Assembly (NCBI GenBank): GCA_951406725.2 | Contig: OX597831.1 | Location: 48,670,001 to 48,734,000 of the forward strand | DNA: 64,000 nt | Direction of reading: 5' to 3' | Origin: Octopus vulgaris | Lineage: Eukaryota | In this document: one piece after another, positions 52,829 to 64,000 of the stretch | How the letters are laid out: the number at the start of each line of letters is the position of its first letter | How positions within the stretch are numbered: position 1 is the first letter of the stretch | The notes under the pieces: generated by a model | Seen by the model: the letters and a program-made list of their open reading frames with translations, nothing else | Databases searched by the model: none | What the model was told of the DNA's origin: nothing | Position numbers and translations under genes: made by a program

Positions 52829-54169
52829 ATACACATATATACATATATATGTATGTATGTATACAGAGAGAGAGAAAGTTAGTCAGTGTGAGAGACAGAC
52901 AGACAGAAAGATAGATAGATAGATAGATAAATAGCTAGATAAGCAGACAGGCAGACGGACGGACAGACAGACAGACAGAGAGTGAGTGAAGAGGTTCATT
53001 AACTATAACAGATACATGCACAGACAGTTATACTCCAATTTTTAACAGAAAAGAACTATTTTTTTGTATCATTTTTAAAATAATTTTGGTCAATAAATTG
53101 GAAGCTTTCATAAAATTCAAGCTAGACAGGTTGATATTAATAGCCTATCTATAGGTTATTAACATTTACTCTCATTTAAAATAATTGTTATCTACAACCT
53201 GACATAGCATTTTAGGATATAAAACTTTCGCGTATAAAAATTAGTTCAGAATTAACCATTGCCTGCCAAACTGCCATTACCTTAACTAAAACCGAAATAT
53301 TTTTGTATTCAACTTTGGTTTTAATCACATCAATAAACCGACATCACAGTCAAGTGATCTATAATCGATATTTATATATTGCTCAGACATCAGAATGGTC
53401 AAATAGTATAACTCACTCTATACTTAAAGGTGTTCGGTTTTGTTCTCCTTTTTGTAGATTCTTGGTTCAAATCTGAATGGGATCAGCTTTTCTTTCCATA
53501 CCTTACATATCTATAAAGTACTTTTCATAGTATCAAGGCTTATCTGGGTTTATAGGAAACATTAAAATCGTTACCTAGACAATGAAGTTCTTTTTTGAAA
53601 AGATGTTCCCCTAGTCATAACGTCAACTCCCTAGTATTAAAAAAATTGCCTAACATACATACACATACTCTGCAAAGTGGATGGCATTAGGAAGAATGTC
53701 CAGCTTTAGAAACTATGCTGAAGCAGACACTGGAGTTTGAGGCAGTCCTGCAGCAACTTAACAAATTTTATCAAACCGTCCATGCCATGTCAACATGTGT
53801 TAAATGACGATGATGGTGGTGGTGGCGGTGGCGGCAGCGGCAGTGGTTGTGGTGGTAGTGGTGGTGAAGGAGGAGGAGAAGTTTATTACAAACCACCAGT
53901 CTTTTAATATTGCCAATTCAACAGAGTACACCCTGTTCCATAATATTTGTGTCAACTTAGGAAACAATCATTAATTATCTCATGTGTGTGTGATAAAGTC
54001 ATTTATTGGACCTTATTAATGAGACACATCCATCAATAGGTAATTAACAATACTTTTAATTTAAGAGAATAATGAAGCAATGAGTGTACTCATCAATTAT
54101 GTAACACTCCTACTAATTACAGGTGTTTACTGCAACTCCATAACAAGAGTCCATCAACAAAATTGCTCT

Positions 54170-54315
54170 GGTGTGGCTATGTGGTAAGAAGCTTGCTTCC
54201 TGACCACATGATTCCAGTTTCAGTCCCACTACATGGCACCTTGGGCGAGTGTCTTCTGCTGTAGCCTTGGGCTGGCCAAAGCCTTGTGAGTGGATTTGGT
54301 AGACAGAAACTATAA
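54170..54315 (+). mobile_element. SINE family A 5' half
   Basis: Homology to 5755-6190. Confidence 0.85.
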
Positions 54316-54825
54316 GAAGAATACCCTCCATCAGGCATTTGCCATATTCTGAATGCCTTACTTCCCTGGGCATGGATACATTGAAACTCCGACGTCTGGC
54401 AGCTGACTTGGCAGACATCCATAAAATTATTAACCATCTTACAAACAATAACTCTGAGCACCTTTCCAAACTCCACCTGTCTAACACCTGTGGACATGTT
54501 TACAAAGTCAGAAAACAGCACAGCTCCCATGACTTTCGGAAACATTTTTCCACGGTAAGAGTTGCTGAAGTATGGAACAAACTGCCAACATCAGTTGTTA
54601 GTTGTCAGAGCACTGCAGCCTTCAAAACTTCCATGATCCCTGAGATTCACCAACACTACACCTGATTTTCTCCCCTCCATACACACGCAAGCATGTATCT
54701 GACTCATACACTGTTCACTTCCCAGACATTTGTACATTACTGCATATACTTTATACACACTTTTGACAAGTTGTGGTGCACCTGAGCAATGTATACAATA
54801 ATTTCATTATTATTATTATTATTAT
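54316..54825 (+). mobile_element. 5'-truncated CR1 LINE with (ATT)n tail
   Basis: LPYSECL..LGMDTLKLRR...NTCGHVYKV...RKHFSTVRVAEVWNKLP..VV...FK. Confidence 0.9.
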
Positions 54826-55246
54826 AGCTGTGAGTTTAATTATGTGTTGGGAGTAGGAGCTATTGATAAACATATGCATACAAATACTCACACATATAAA
54901 ACAATAAATATTATTCAAATACATTCATGTCTTTTGATTCAGAATCTACTGTGTGGCTCATCAGAAGAATCTGGAGCAATAAAGTTATGCAATATAATGT
55001 AGTACACAGAATGACAACAGAAGGTCAACTAAGGAATGAAATTAAAATGACAGGAGAGAAAGGCTTGGCAAAATCAACCTCGTCCTCCACCAACATTACC
55101 ATGCCGTCAATGGCATTGACTTTTCAATGCAAGAATTGGTCTACTTAGTGATCAACGCCATCACCATAATGGAAGCATTCAGCAAGGAAGAAGCGAAATT
55201 CTCTGTTATGAGATACAGCTGCTCTCACTGATAATGATGACAACAT

Positions 55247-55652
55247 ATTACTCTTTTACTCTTTTACTTGTTTCAGTCATTTGACTGTGGCCATGCTGGA
55301 GCACCGCTTTTAGTCGAGCAAATCGACCCCAGGACTTATTCTTTGTAAGCCTAGTACCTATTCTATTGGTCTCTTTTGCTGAACTGCTAAGATACGGGGA
55401 CATAAACACACCAGCATCAGTTGTCAAGCGATGTTGGTGGGGACAAACACAGACACACAAACACACAAACATACACATATATATATATACATATATACGA
55501 CGGGCTTCTTTCAGTTTCCATCTACCAAATCCACTTACAAGGCTTTGGTCAGCCCGAGGCTATAGTAGAAGACACTTGCCCAAGGTGTCACACAGTGGGA
55601 CTGAACCCAGAACCATGTGGTTGGTAAACAAGCTACTTACCACACAACCACT
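55247..55652 (-). mobile_element. SINE family A
   Basis: Homology to 5755-6190. Confidence 0.9.
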
Positions 55653-55653
55653 C

Positions 55654-55728
<75 letters not shown>

Positions 55729-55769
55729 TATGTATATATTACACACACACATACAGATAGATAGATAGT

Positions 55770-55861
<92 letters not shown>

Positions 55862-57063
55862 TTGATAGATAGCTAAATAGATTATGTCTCTGGATATGAT
55901 TATGTTTCTGGTAGACATATATGCATAAATATAAATAGACAATATTGTTGCTTTCATTGACAGGGCCCAGTAAAAAGAATTAATCATGTTTATATAGCCT
56001 CATAATTATAATAACTTATATTTTAATGTATTTCTGAAATCAGAGTATACATCAATGTAATTATATGCTTTAAGAATTTGTTCCTTTTTTTTTCTTCCAA
56101 TACATTCTCATTATTTCATATTGTTTGCTAGCTAACATTTAGACTCTACTTGTATAAATATATCAGATGGCATGTCATAAGAAATATTGATATTTGCGTG
56201 TGTGTGAGTGTTTTATATTTATACTTATTTTCATATAAGTTCTCACATATTTAACACATAAAATATTATGAGACTCTATTCTCTTCAATTTATCCCATTA
56301 TCTATCCCATAATTTATCCCATTATTACTTTTTCAAACTTTTTTTCGTTTTTAACTCTTTTTTTCCTTTTTCCAAACTATTACTGATATATCATATTTAC
56401 TGTTTTATAGCCAATTTTTCCTTTAAATAATTAAACTATAAATGATATTTAATAAAGATAATTCCTGTGCCTTACAATATTTTTTTATATCAAATTTAAT
56501 ATGTATCAGTTATCTTGCCTTTATATCTTATGAATTCACTAGAAACAACACTACTTCTATACTAATTGTTTGCTTTTTTTTTCCAAATATATCACCCATT
56601 ATTTGAAAAATGTTTTAATTTTTTTTTAAATCAACAAAGGACAAATTATCTATTCACTAAACAATGTTGTACGACTTTACATGCGTCTATTTAATCTGGA
56701 TTGAATTCACTTCTAATTTACATTATTCTCTAAAATTAATTAATCTCATTCCCATAGTTAAGCATCATTTACATTTTAAGTGTAATTCAGTTTAGTTGAT
56801 TATACATAATTAAATTATAACGATAATATAATAATAATTTCTTAAATTACAAGGACAATTATGTCTCAGCACCAACTATCATACATGTGTTTGTGTATGT
56901 GGGTGTGTACATACATACATACATACATACATACATTCATACATATATACATTCATACATACATACATACATACATATAGGCATGGCTGTGTGGTAAGAA
57001 GTTTGCTTCTTGACCACATGGCTCTGGATTCAATCCATGTGTATATATATATGTATATATATG

Positions 57064-57114
<51 letters not shown>

Positions 57115-57121
57115 TCATATA

Positions 57122-57313
57122 TCCTGGGAGAATTCACAAAAAAAAAACAAAAGACGAAGACAGGTGATGTAGACAACAAACAGATGTATTAGTATAATGG
57201 TCAGGAAATGAAAAAGTCTTTAATGTTTTGAGCCTACGCTCTTCCACAGAGAGGAACAAGGAGAGAAAATAATGTGTAGTGGCTAGTGATCTATCATGGT
57301 GAATGATAGATCG

Positions 57314-57316
<3 letters not shown>
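57122..57316 (-). mobile_element. TA-associated hammerhead-like element with 5' mini fold-back
   Basis: Homology to 1240-1435; TAGTGATCTATCAT...ATGATAGATCGCTA hairpin at ~57284-57316. Confidence 0.7.
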
Positions 57317-57347
<31 letters not shown>

Positions 57348-57375
57348 AATAAAATTTTAAAAGAATACAAAGGAT

Positions 57376-57433
57376 ATTGCGGTACACGTGTTTCAAGCTT
57401 TATAAACAATCTGTTCTTACATCAGTGTATAAT
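57376..57433 (-). ncRNA. Degenerate hammerhead motif
   Basis: CTGATGT-AAG...CTT-GAA-ACACGTGT-A; A9 substituted, stem I decayed. Confidence 0.4.
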
Positions 57434-58067
57434 AGATATAAAAGATGGTTTAAAGCTCTCTTCAGCTGCAAACATTGTTATTTCAAAGAGTTACATCACA
57501 CTATTAAAAGTATGAAAAGTACATGTAGTATTACTCATTAAAATAGGTATATCATATCTCCCTGAGAAAGTGTATTTGTAAAATTTCCTAACTGTATAAA
57601 TGTATAAAAATTCATTGGATTTTGAAAATCTGCCCATACTGTATCACCAGTCTACATAGAGTGAATGTTAAATAGATTGGAATGGGTTTATATTCAATTC
57701 TCTTGTATAAGATAGGAAGGAAAATAAGATAGAAAGAAATAAAGAAAAAAAAAATGGAGAGAAAAGAAAATAGAAAGAAAAATTTTTTTTTTAAATAAAC
57801 GTTAAAAAATAAAAAATAAGAAATAAGGGGCAAGGGTACTGGAAATAAAATACCAAGGAAGCAAAAGACAAGGGTAATAAAAGCAAAAATAGTAAAAAAG
57901 AAAAAGGATAATAAAGTTAGAACCACATATAAATAAGAATTAGCCAAATAAGAATAAAGTAACAAAAAATATTTAAAAAAATAAAAAATAAAAACAAAAG
58001 AATTGAGACTATAAGGTTGAGTAAGCGATAAAGAGATAAGATTCTAAAAGGGCTGAGAATACTGACA

Positions 58068-58107
<40 letters not shown>

Positions 58108-58788
58108 TGCCAGTAACTCATAACTATCTTTATCTAATCATATATATATACTAGCGTTAAAGACCCGTCGTTGCCGGGTCAAAGAGCTAGTGCACGTATA
58201 TATGTGTATATATATGTGCACATATTACATGTACATCTATATATATATACATCTACACATAAAATACAAAATACAAAGTTATATCTTGATATCGCTAGTG
58301 ATAACAATACTCAAAATATATAACAGACTGGAATTGTTAGCCCGTCTCTTGTAATTTCGATCAATTGTATCTTGTCCTCCCTCTTATATAGAAGTGTGGC
58401 TACAATCCAGCCTACCTCTACTTCTGGGGGGGAATGGGGCATTTTAAATTTTTTTCCGGGACGTCCTACATCCCAGATATAAAGGTAAAAATAAAATATT
58501 TCCACTTTGCAAGTTCGAGTCGAGTACTCCCTTGCACGCTCCATTGACTTGAACCTTGCTTCTATTGTGGCGAATTTACCGCCTCTGATTAGATATCTTT
58601 CATAATCACACCAAGACACTTTTCGAAGGTACTTTCCTCTCACACCATCTCCAATGAAAGGATATTATTAATTAATATCCTAGAAACAGCTGTAAGACCT
58701 TCTATCTATAAATGCTCTAATATCTATACAGCCTTGGCTTTTTATATTATTATGCAAAAAAATTCTGATATACATATATATATACATA

Positions 58789-59008
58789 CAAGGGGTTGCT
58801 GAATAATTCCTGGCTTTAAGGGTATCATGAAAGGCCTGATTGGAGGCCCAACCTTCTGAGTTCTTTCACAGGGCTGAAAAAAAACAACTGAAGGACTGCT
58901 GCAATAAATGTGTGAATCTGAGAGGGGAATATATTGTATAAAATCATAATCAACTGATCCTTCTGTATTTTCTTTTACTCAAAGCCAGAAACATTTCAGC
59001 ATCCCCCG
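58789..59008 (+). mobile_element. Mariner-derived MITE
   Basis: TIRs and body as 26117 and 52372. Confidence 0.85.
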
Positions 59009-59107
59009 TGTGTGTGTGTGTGTGTGTGTGTGTACATATATATATATATGAGCATGTTAACTATTAGCATTGGAAGTAGCCTTTGTAAAGAATATTACTT
59101 ATGTTTC

Positions 59108-59620
59108 CAACTTAACTTGGACATGTTGCTTTAAATGCTGTAAGCTGCAGTAATCACAATGAAATATCTCATATAAACGTTAAGTAGTAAAAAACACAGA
59201 TTATGTCAGCACTCATGGATGGGACTTTCGTATCGAGTGGTTTCAGCATAATTTGTGCTTCCTCAGCAACAGACACCCCCCATCACCAAATGCCAGATTG
59301 AAATTCCATCAAACTGACAGAGTATAACACTTTTTGAAATGTCATTGATTGTTCAGTCAGTGTTGAACCTTATTCAATTGATGGAATTTCGATCTGGAAC
59401 CCTACCTGTTGCTTCCTCAGCAACAGGTAGGGTGCCTGTTGCTGAGAAAGCGGAAATTGCACAGAAATCATGTGATACAACAGTCCTGTCTGCTGGTGCT
59501 GATGAAATTTTATCTGCTGATATAATTTGTGCATTTTAGCACTCAGCATCTATACAAGATGATATCTGAGGATGACTACCACAGCTTACAGTGTTTAAAA
59601 CAATATTTCCAAGATAAGTA
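59108..59620. repeat. Old diverged fold-back, ~240-bp arms
   Basis: ACTTAACTTGGACATGTTGCTTTAAATGCTGTAAGCTG vs reverse complement of 59580-59619; inner perfect hairpin 59399-59433. Confidence 0.8.
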
Positions 59621-59708
59621 GGATGTACAAATTATTATGCATATATTTGTGTGCATATGTATGTGCGTATGTGTGTGTATGCATGTATTATGTATAGATA
59701 TATCGGTA

Positions 59709-59794
<86 letters not shown>

Positions 59795-59795
<1 letters not shown>

Positions 59796-60053
59796 GTAGA
59801 AATGTGTTACAAAAAGAAAATATAAAATATAAAATACACGTGGAAATGTAAGGGTAAAATATGAAAAATCAACGAATATGCACATTGCAAATAAAAAAAG
59901 ACTATTTATGATAGGTAATGACAAATATATACATTTAGATGGACTGAGGTAGTAATAAGAGTCATAAAAGTCATTATCATGAGATGATTATAAGATGATA
60001 ATAAAGTAAGAGAACAAAGCGAACCATGGTTTCGGCAAAAAGCTATCCATCGC
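59795..60053 (-). mobile_element. Second copy of the 33097 TA-inserted element
   Basis: Direct homology, same left terminus. Confidence 0.85.
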
Positions 60054-60084
<31 letters not shown>

Positions 60085-60774
60085 TATATATATATATACA
60101 CACTCACATACACACACACACATTATAACTGAAAGGTTTCAGTTTCCAATACTCAGATTTGCTCGATTCTGATCATCAGTTGGTAAACCAAACGTTTCCT
60201 TTTGAATATTCCCTGTATGAATATTTTTTTGAAATATGAAATGAAAGATTGAAGCAAAACACTTATTGTTATGTTTTTTCACTTAAAAAACCTTTATGAA
60301 GAACACATGTGAAAACGACTGCTTCCAGCCCACAGTTTTTATTTTATTTTATTTCTTCATTTTCCTGGTAATATCGTTATAAATATCATAAGATCCATAC
60401 AATTGAAGTTATATACTGGTCGTCTCAGAATCATTATGTCAGAAAAAAAGGCACTCGTATATTTGGCAATACTAGAGTAGATATATTATTCTTTCTTTTT
60501 ACTATAGCACAAGGTCTGAAATTTTATGGGGAGGGGCTAGTCATTTACTATTATATCCTTATGGATAAACGAATACATTGCAGCAGTGCAATAACAATAT
60601 AATTGAAACAAATGGCAGTAACCACATGGAATATAACAACAGCCTTTTAAGAACTAACAATCCAACATGCTAACTTGAACTGTAAACTTCAAACTCCAGC
60701 TTTGATCTATCAACAGATGAGCTGTGGAACTAGCACGAACTACCTCACTTATTCAGACTGCTACTATTTATAGC

Positions 60775-61000
60775 AGGCACAGGAGTGGCTGTGTGGTAAG
60801 TAGTTTGCCTACCAACGACATGGTTCTGGGTTCATTCCCACTGCATGGCACCTTGGGCAAGTGTCTTCTACTATAGCCTTGGGCCGACCAAAGCCTTGTG
60901 AGTGGATTTGGTAGACAAAAACTGAAAGAAGCCTGTCGTATATATGTATATGTATATATATATGTATGTGTATGTATATGTTTGTGTGTCTGTGTTTGTC
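60775..61000 (+). mobile_element. SINE family A 5' portion
   Basis: Homology to 5755-6190. Confidence 0.9.
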
Positions 61001-61808
61001 AAATACATGTGGCATTTTCCTTGTTTCTGCCTGTTTCTCTCTCTCTTGTTTACTCTTGCGGGTTCAAGGTCATATGCACACACATACATATGCACACACA
61101 CACACACACACGCACACACACACACACACTCACATACATGTATATATACAGAGAAACACAACAAATTAAAGTAAAAATAAAATATATATAAAAGTAAATA
61201 TAAAATATATGAAATGATCAATTAGAGAAAATTTTATTCTCATTTTCTTTTTTTTTTTTGTTTTCCAATTATCAATAAAACATACAACAGTGAAAGAATA
61301 ACTTTTCTTTATTTATAATCTTTTAAAAGTATTTTTTTTTTTAAAGATAATCTTTTCTAAATAATATTAATCACAGGTTAATGAACTTTTACTTACAAAT
61401 CACAAAACACATTGTGTTTGCATGAGTATTGTTAAACCAACCATCGGATTTAGAAAGCGATGCCAGAAGAATGTTGAAGACACCTCTCTGACTTCTTGTT
61501 TCCAATAGCAACAACAGCTTTGAACTGTTATCATTCCTGTTGTTTGATATTTTGAAGCTTACAATACATAAATGCATTATTATTTTGGTTCGCTTGCCAT
61601 TTTTATTTTTTGGTTTTTCTTTGCACATATTTTTTTTTATTTAATAATTCAGGTCTTTGCACCAAATTCCCTTTGGTATTCTTTCACACTTGGAATGTGT
61701 AGTCTCTGAATTAACAATCGAGAGTTAGAGAAAGTGGTGTATGCAAACATTGAGTTCAAAGTTAATCTTATACCTGTGTGCACGTGTATGTGTGTGTATG
61801 TATGCACG

Positions 61809-61849
<41 letters not shown>

Positions 61850-61880
61850 CTATATGTATTATACATATATGTACATATAA

Positions 61881-61970
61881 TGTATGTATTTACAAGCGTA
61901 TGGATGCATGTATGTATTTACAAGCGTATGGATGCATGTATGTATTTACAAGCGTATGGATGCATGTATG
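61881..61970. repeat. 28-bp tandem repeat x3
   Basis: TGTATGTATTTACAAGCGTATGGATGCA. Confidence 0.9.
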
Positions 61971-62172
61971 TACATGTGTATATATGTATGTGTATATATG
62001 AATGCATGCATGTAACTAAAACGTATGTATGTGTGGGTGTGTATGTTTTCATACCTGTGATATAATATGTGTATATATGTATTTATATATGTATGGATGT
62101 ATATATGTGAGTATATGTATATAAGTACAAGTGTATGTATCGTGTTATTAGCATATGTTTACATGTATGTAC

Positions 62173-62212
<40 letters not shown>

Positions 62213-63912
62213 GAATATATATATGTATGTGAATATATATATATATATATATGCATGCATGTAACTATAATGCATGTGTGTGTATGTTTGCATGCCTGTG
62301 ATATAATATATGTATGTATTTATATATATGTATTGATGTATATATGTAGGTATATGTATATAAGTATGTGTGTATGCAAGTATATATGTATACACTGGTA
62401 TGTATGCATGTATGAGTATGTGTATGTATATGTGTTTATGCATATGTACATATGTATGCATACCAGCATGTATTTTTCTGTGTATACACATATAATTATA
62501 CACGTGTACATTTTCTTATTTATGTGCATATATATGTATGTATATGTACATACGTGTACGTATCTATTTTTCCTTCTTATTCTCCTATTGTATATACTCT
62601 CTCTTACTCACATACACCTCCTCTCTCTCTCTTCCTCCCTTTCTCCCTCTTCTTCCCCCTCTCTCTCTTACTTTCTTTACCTTTCTCTCTCTATTAACCT
62701 TTCCTTTCATTGAAACATTTTAAAAAGTGACTCCAAATATATTTATTGCCAAAAGCAACACAAAATGTATCATAAAGAGCTAAATTAATCATATACAACG
62801 ATATGCCAGCTTGACCTCACTGCTTCGATACGAGCTAAAAGTTTTCTTTGCAACACACCATTCCTACACTATATGAAACTAACATATAACTTGCCAACAT
62901 TACAACGTAATATACTAATATTGCTCTATGTTTCAGTACCATACAATATGTCAACAATGCGATACAACAATCACTACACTATACTGACCTAGCATAAAAC
63001 ATGGCCGTACTAACCTATGTTATACTAATATACAATATGTGTGTGTTTTATGTATGTATCTGTCCAACCCACATTGAAAACGGATCAGATGGTAAATGAC
63101 GATCATGATGATTGTATGTATATATATTTATATATATATGTTTTTCTTCTGTATGGAAGCATATAGATGTGAAAATAAACAGATCAACATACAGATGGAT
63201 AGGTACATAGGCTATAAGAACAGACACATATGGAGACATGGATCCACACATATAAAGATGCACATCCATACATACAAACATGGTACATAGTTGCATAACA
63301 GACACACACACACAGACATGCACACACAAGGAGACAGAGGTGCATACATATACAAGCACATGCTCACACACACATGCATAGAAAATACACAAACACGGAC
63401 ATGCAAGCACATAAATATGCATGATACGTACATACAGATGCACACACATACATATGTACATATGCATACGCACACATATATACATACATACACATGCAAA
63501 CACACATATACATACATACGTACATGCATGCATGCGAACAAACAGACAAAAAGGAACGCAGTGTAAATAATGGACAGAGTCAAAACTATTGAAAAGGTTG
63601 CAAGACGCAATGAAAATTTTAGGAAAATAAAAATAAGAAAACAGTGGAAATATTACCGGTGAGTGTGTTATATTATAAGGCACAAAAAGAAAATAACTCT
63701 CCCCAGACACAACAGAATATGCTTCAGCACACAAACTCATATAAAGAATCTTGCAAACCAAATCCACATTATATGCATATATAATGTGTATATATATGCA
63801 CATATGTATATATGAATGTGTATATATATACATATATGTGTATATACATACACACACACACACATATATACTATATTCAGATTATGTACATACATATAAA
63901 TATATACATATA

Positions 63913-64000
63913 TACGATGGACTTCTTTCAGTTTTCGTCTACCAAATCCACTCACAAGACTTTAGTTGGCCTGAGGCTATAGTAGAAGCCACCTACCCAA
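63913..64000 (-). mobile_element. SINE family A (runs off window)
   Basis: Homology to 5755-6190. Confidence 0.85.

Noticed and set aside
60135-60185. Minus-strand CTGATGA plus hairpin as hammerhead
   Set aside because: Stems I and III cannot form
61389-61628. Minus-strand exon ending at GTAAGT (61391-61396)
   Set aside because: No convincing acceptor, no recognisable protein motif, no partner exons

Overview
AT-rich, repeat-saturated eukaryotic DNA; the repeat families and (TA)n/(CA)n/(CAT)n/(GATA)n density look like a cephalopod (Octopus-like) genome (inference, no database check). No intact host protein-coding gene is recognisable; nearly all ORFs in the track are microsatellite or SINE artefacts. 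Supportable content: three tRNA-derived SINE families, decayed LINEs (CR1-group x3, RTE x2 plus RTE 3' UTR fragments), a Penelope-like element (PLE) remnant with RT and GIY-YIG motifs, Tc1/mariner remnants (DD41D, maT-like, mariner MITEs), a hAT element with a perfect 8-bp TSD, and tandem repeats. Most notable: about a dozen non-coding fold-back (palindromic) inserts in or beside (TA)n tracts, several carrying minimal type-I hammerhead ribozyme motifs, plus a dispersed ~190-bp family with a variant hammerhead core. Together with the PLE remnant these suggest a microsatellite-targeting, ribozyme-bearing PLE system. Also seen: a candidate recursive splice site (5620/5621), a SINE-LINE shared 3' tail, and local inverted copying of neighbouring DNA. 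All alignments and folds were read by eye; boundaries are approximate.
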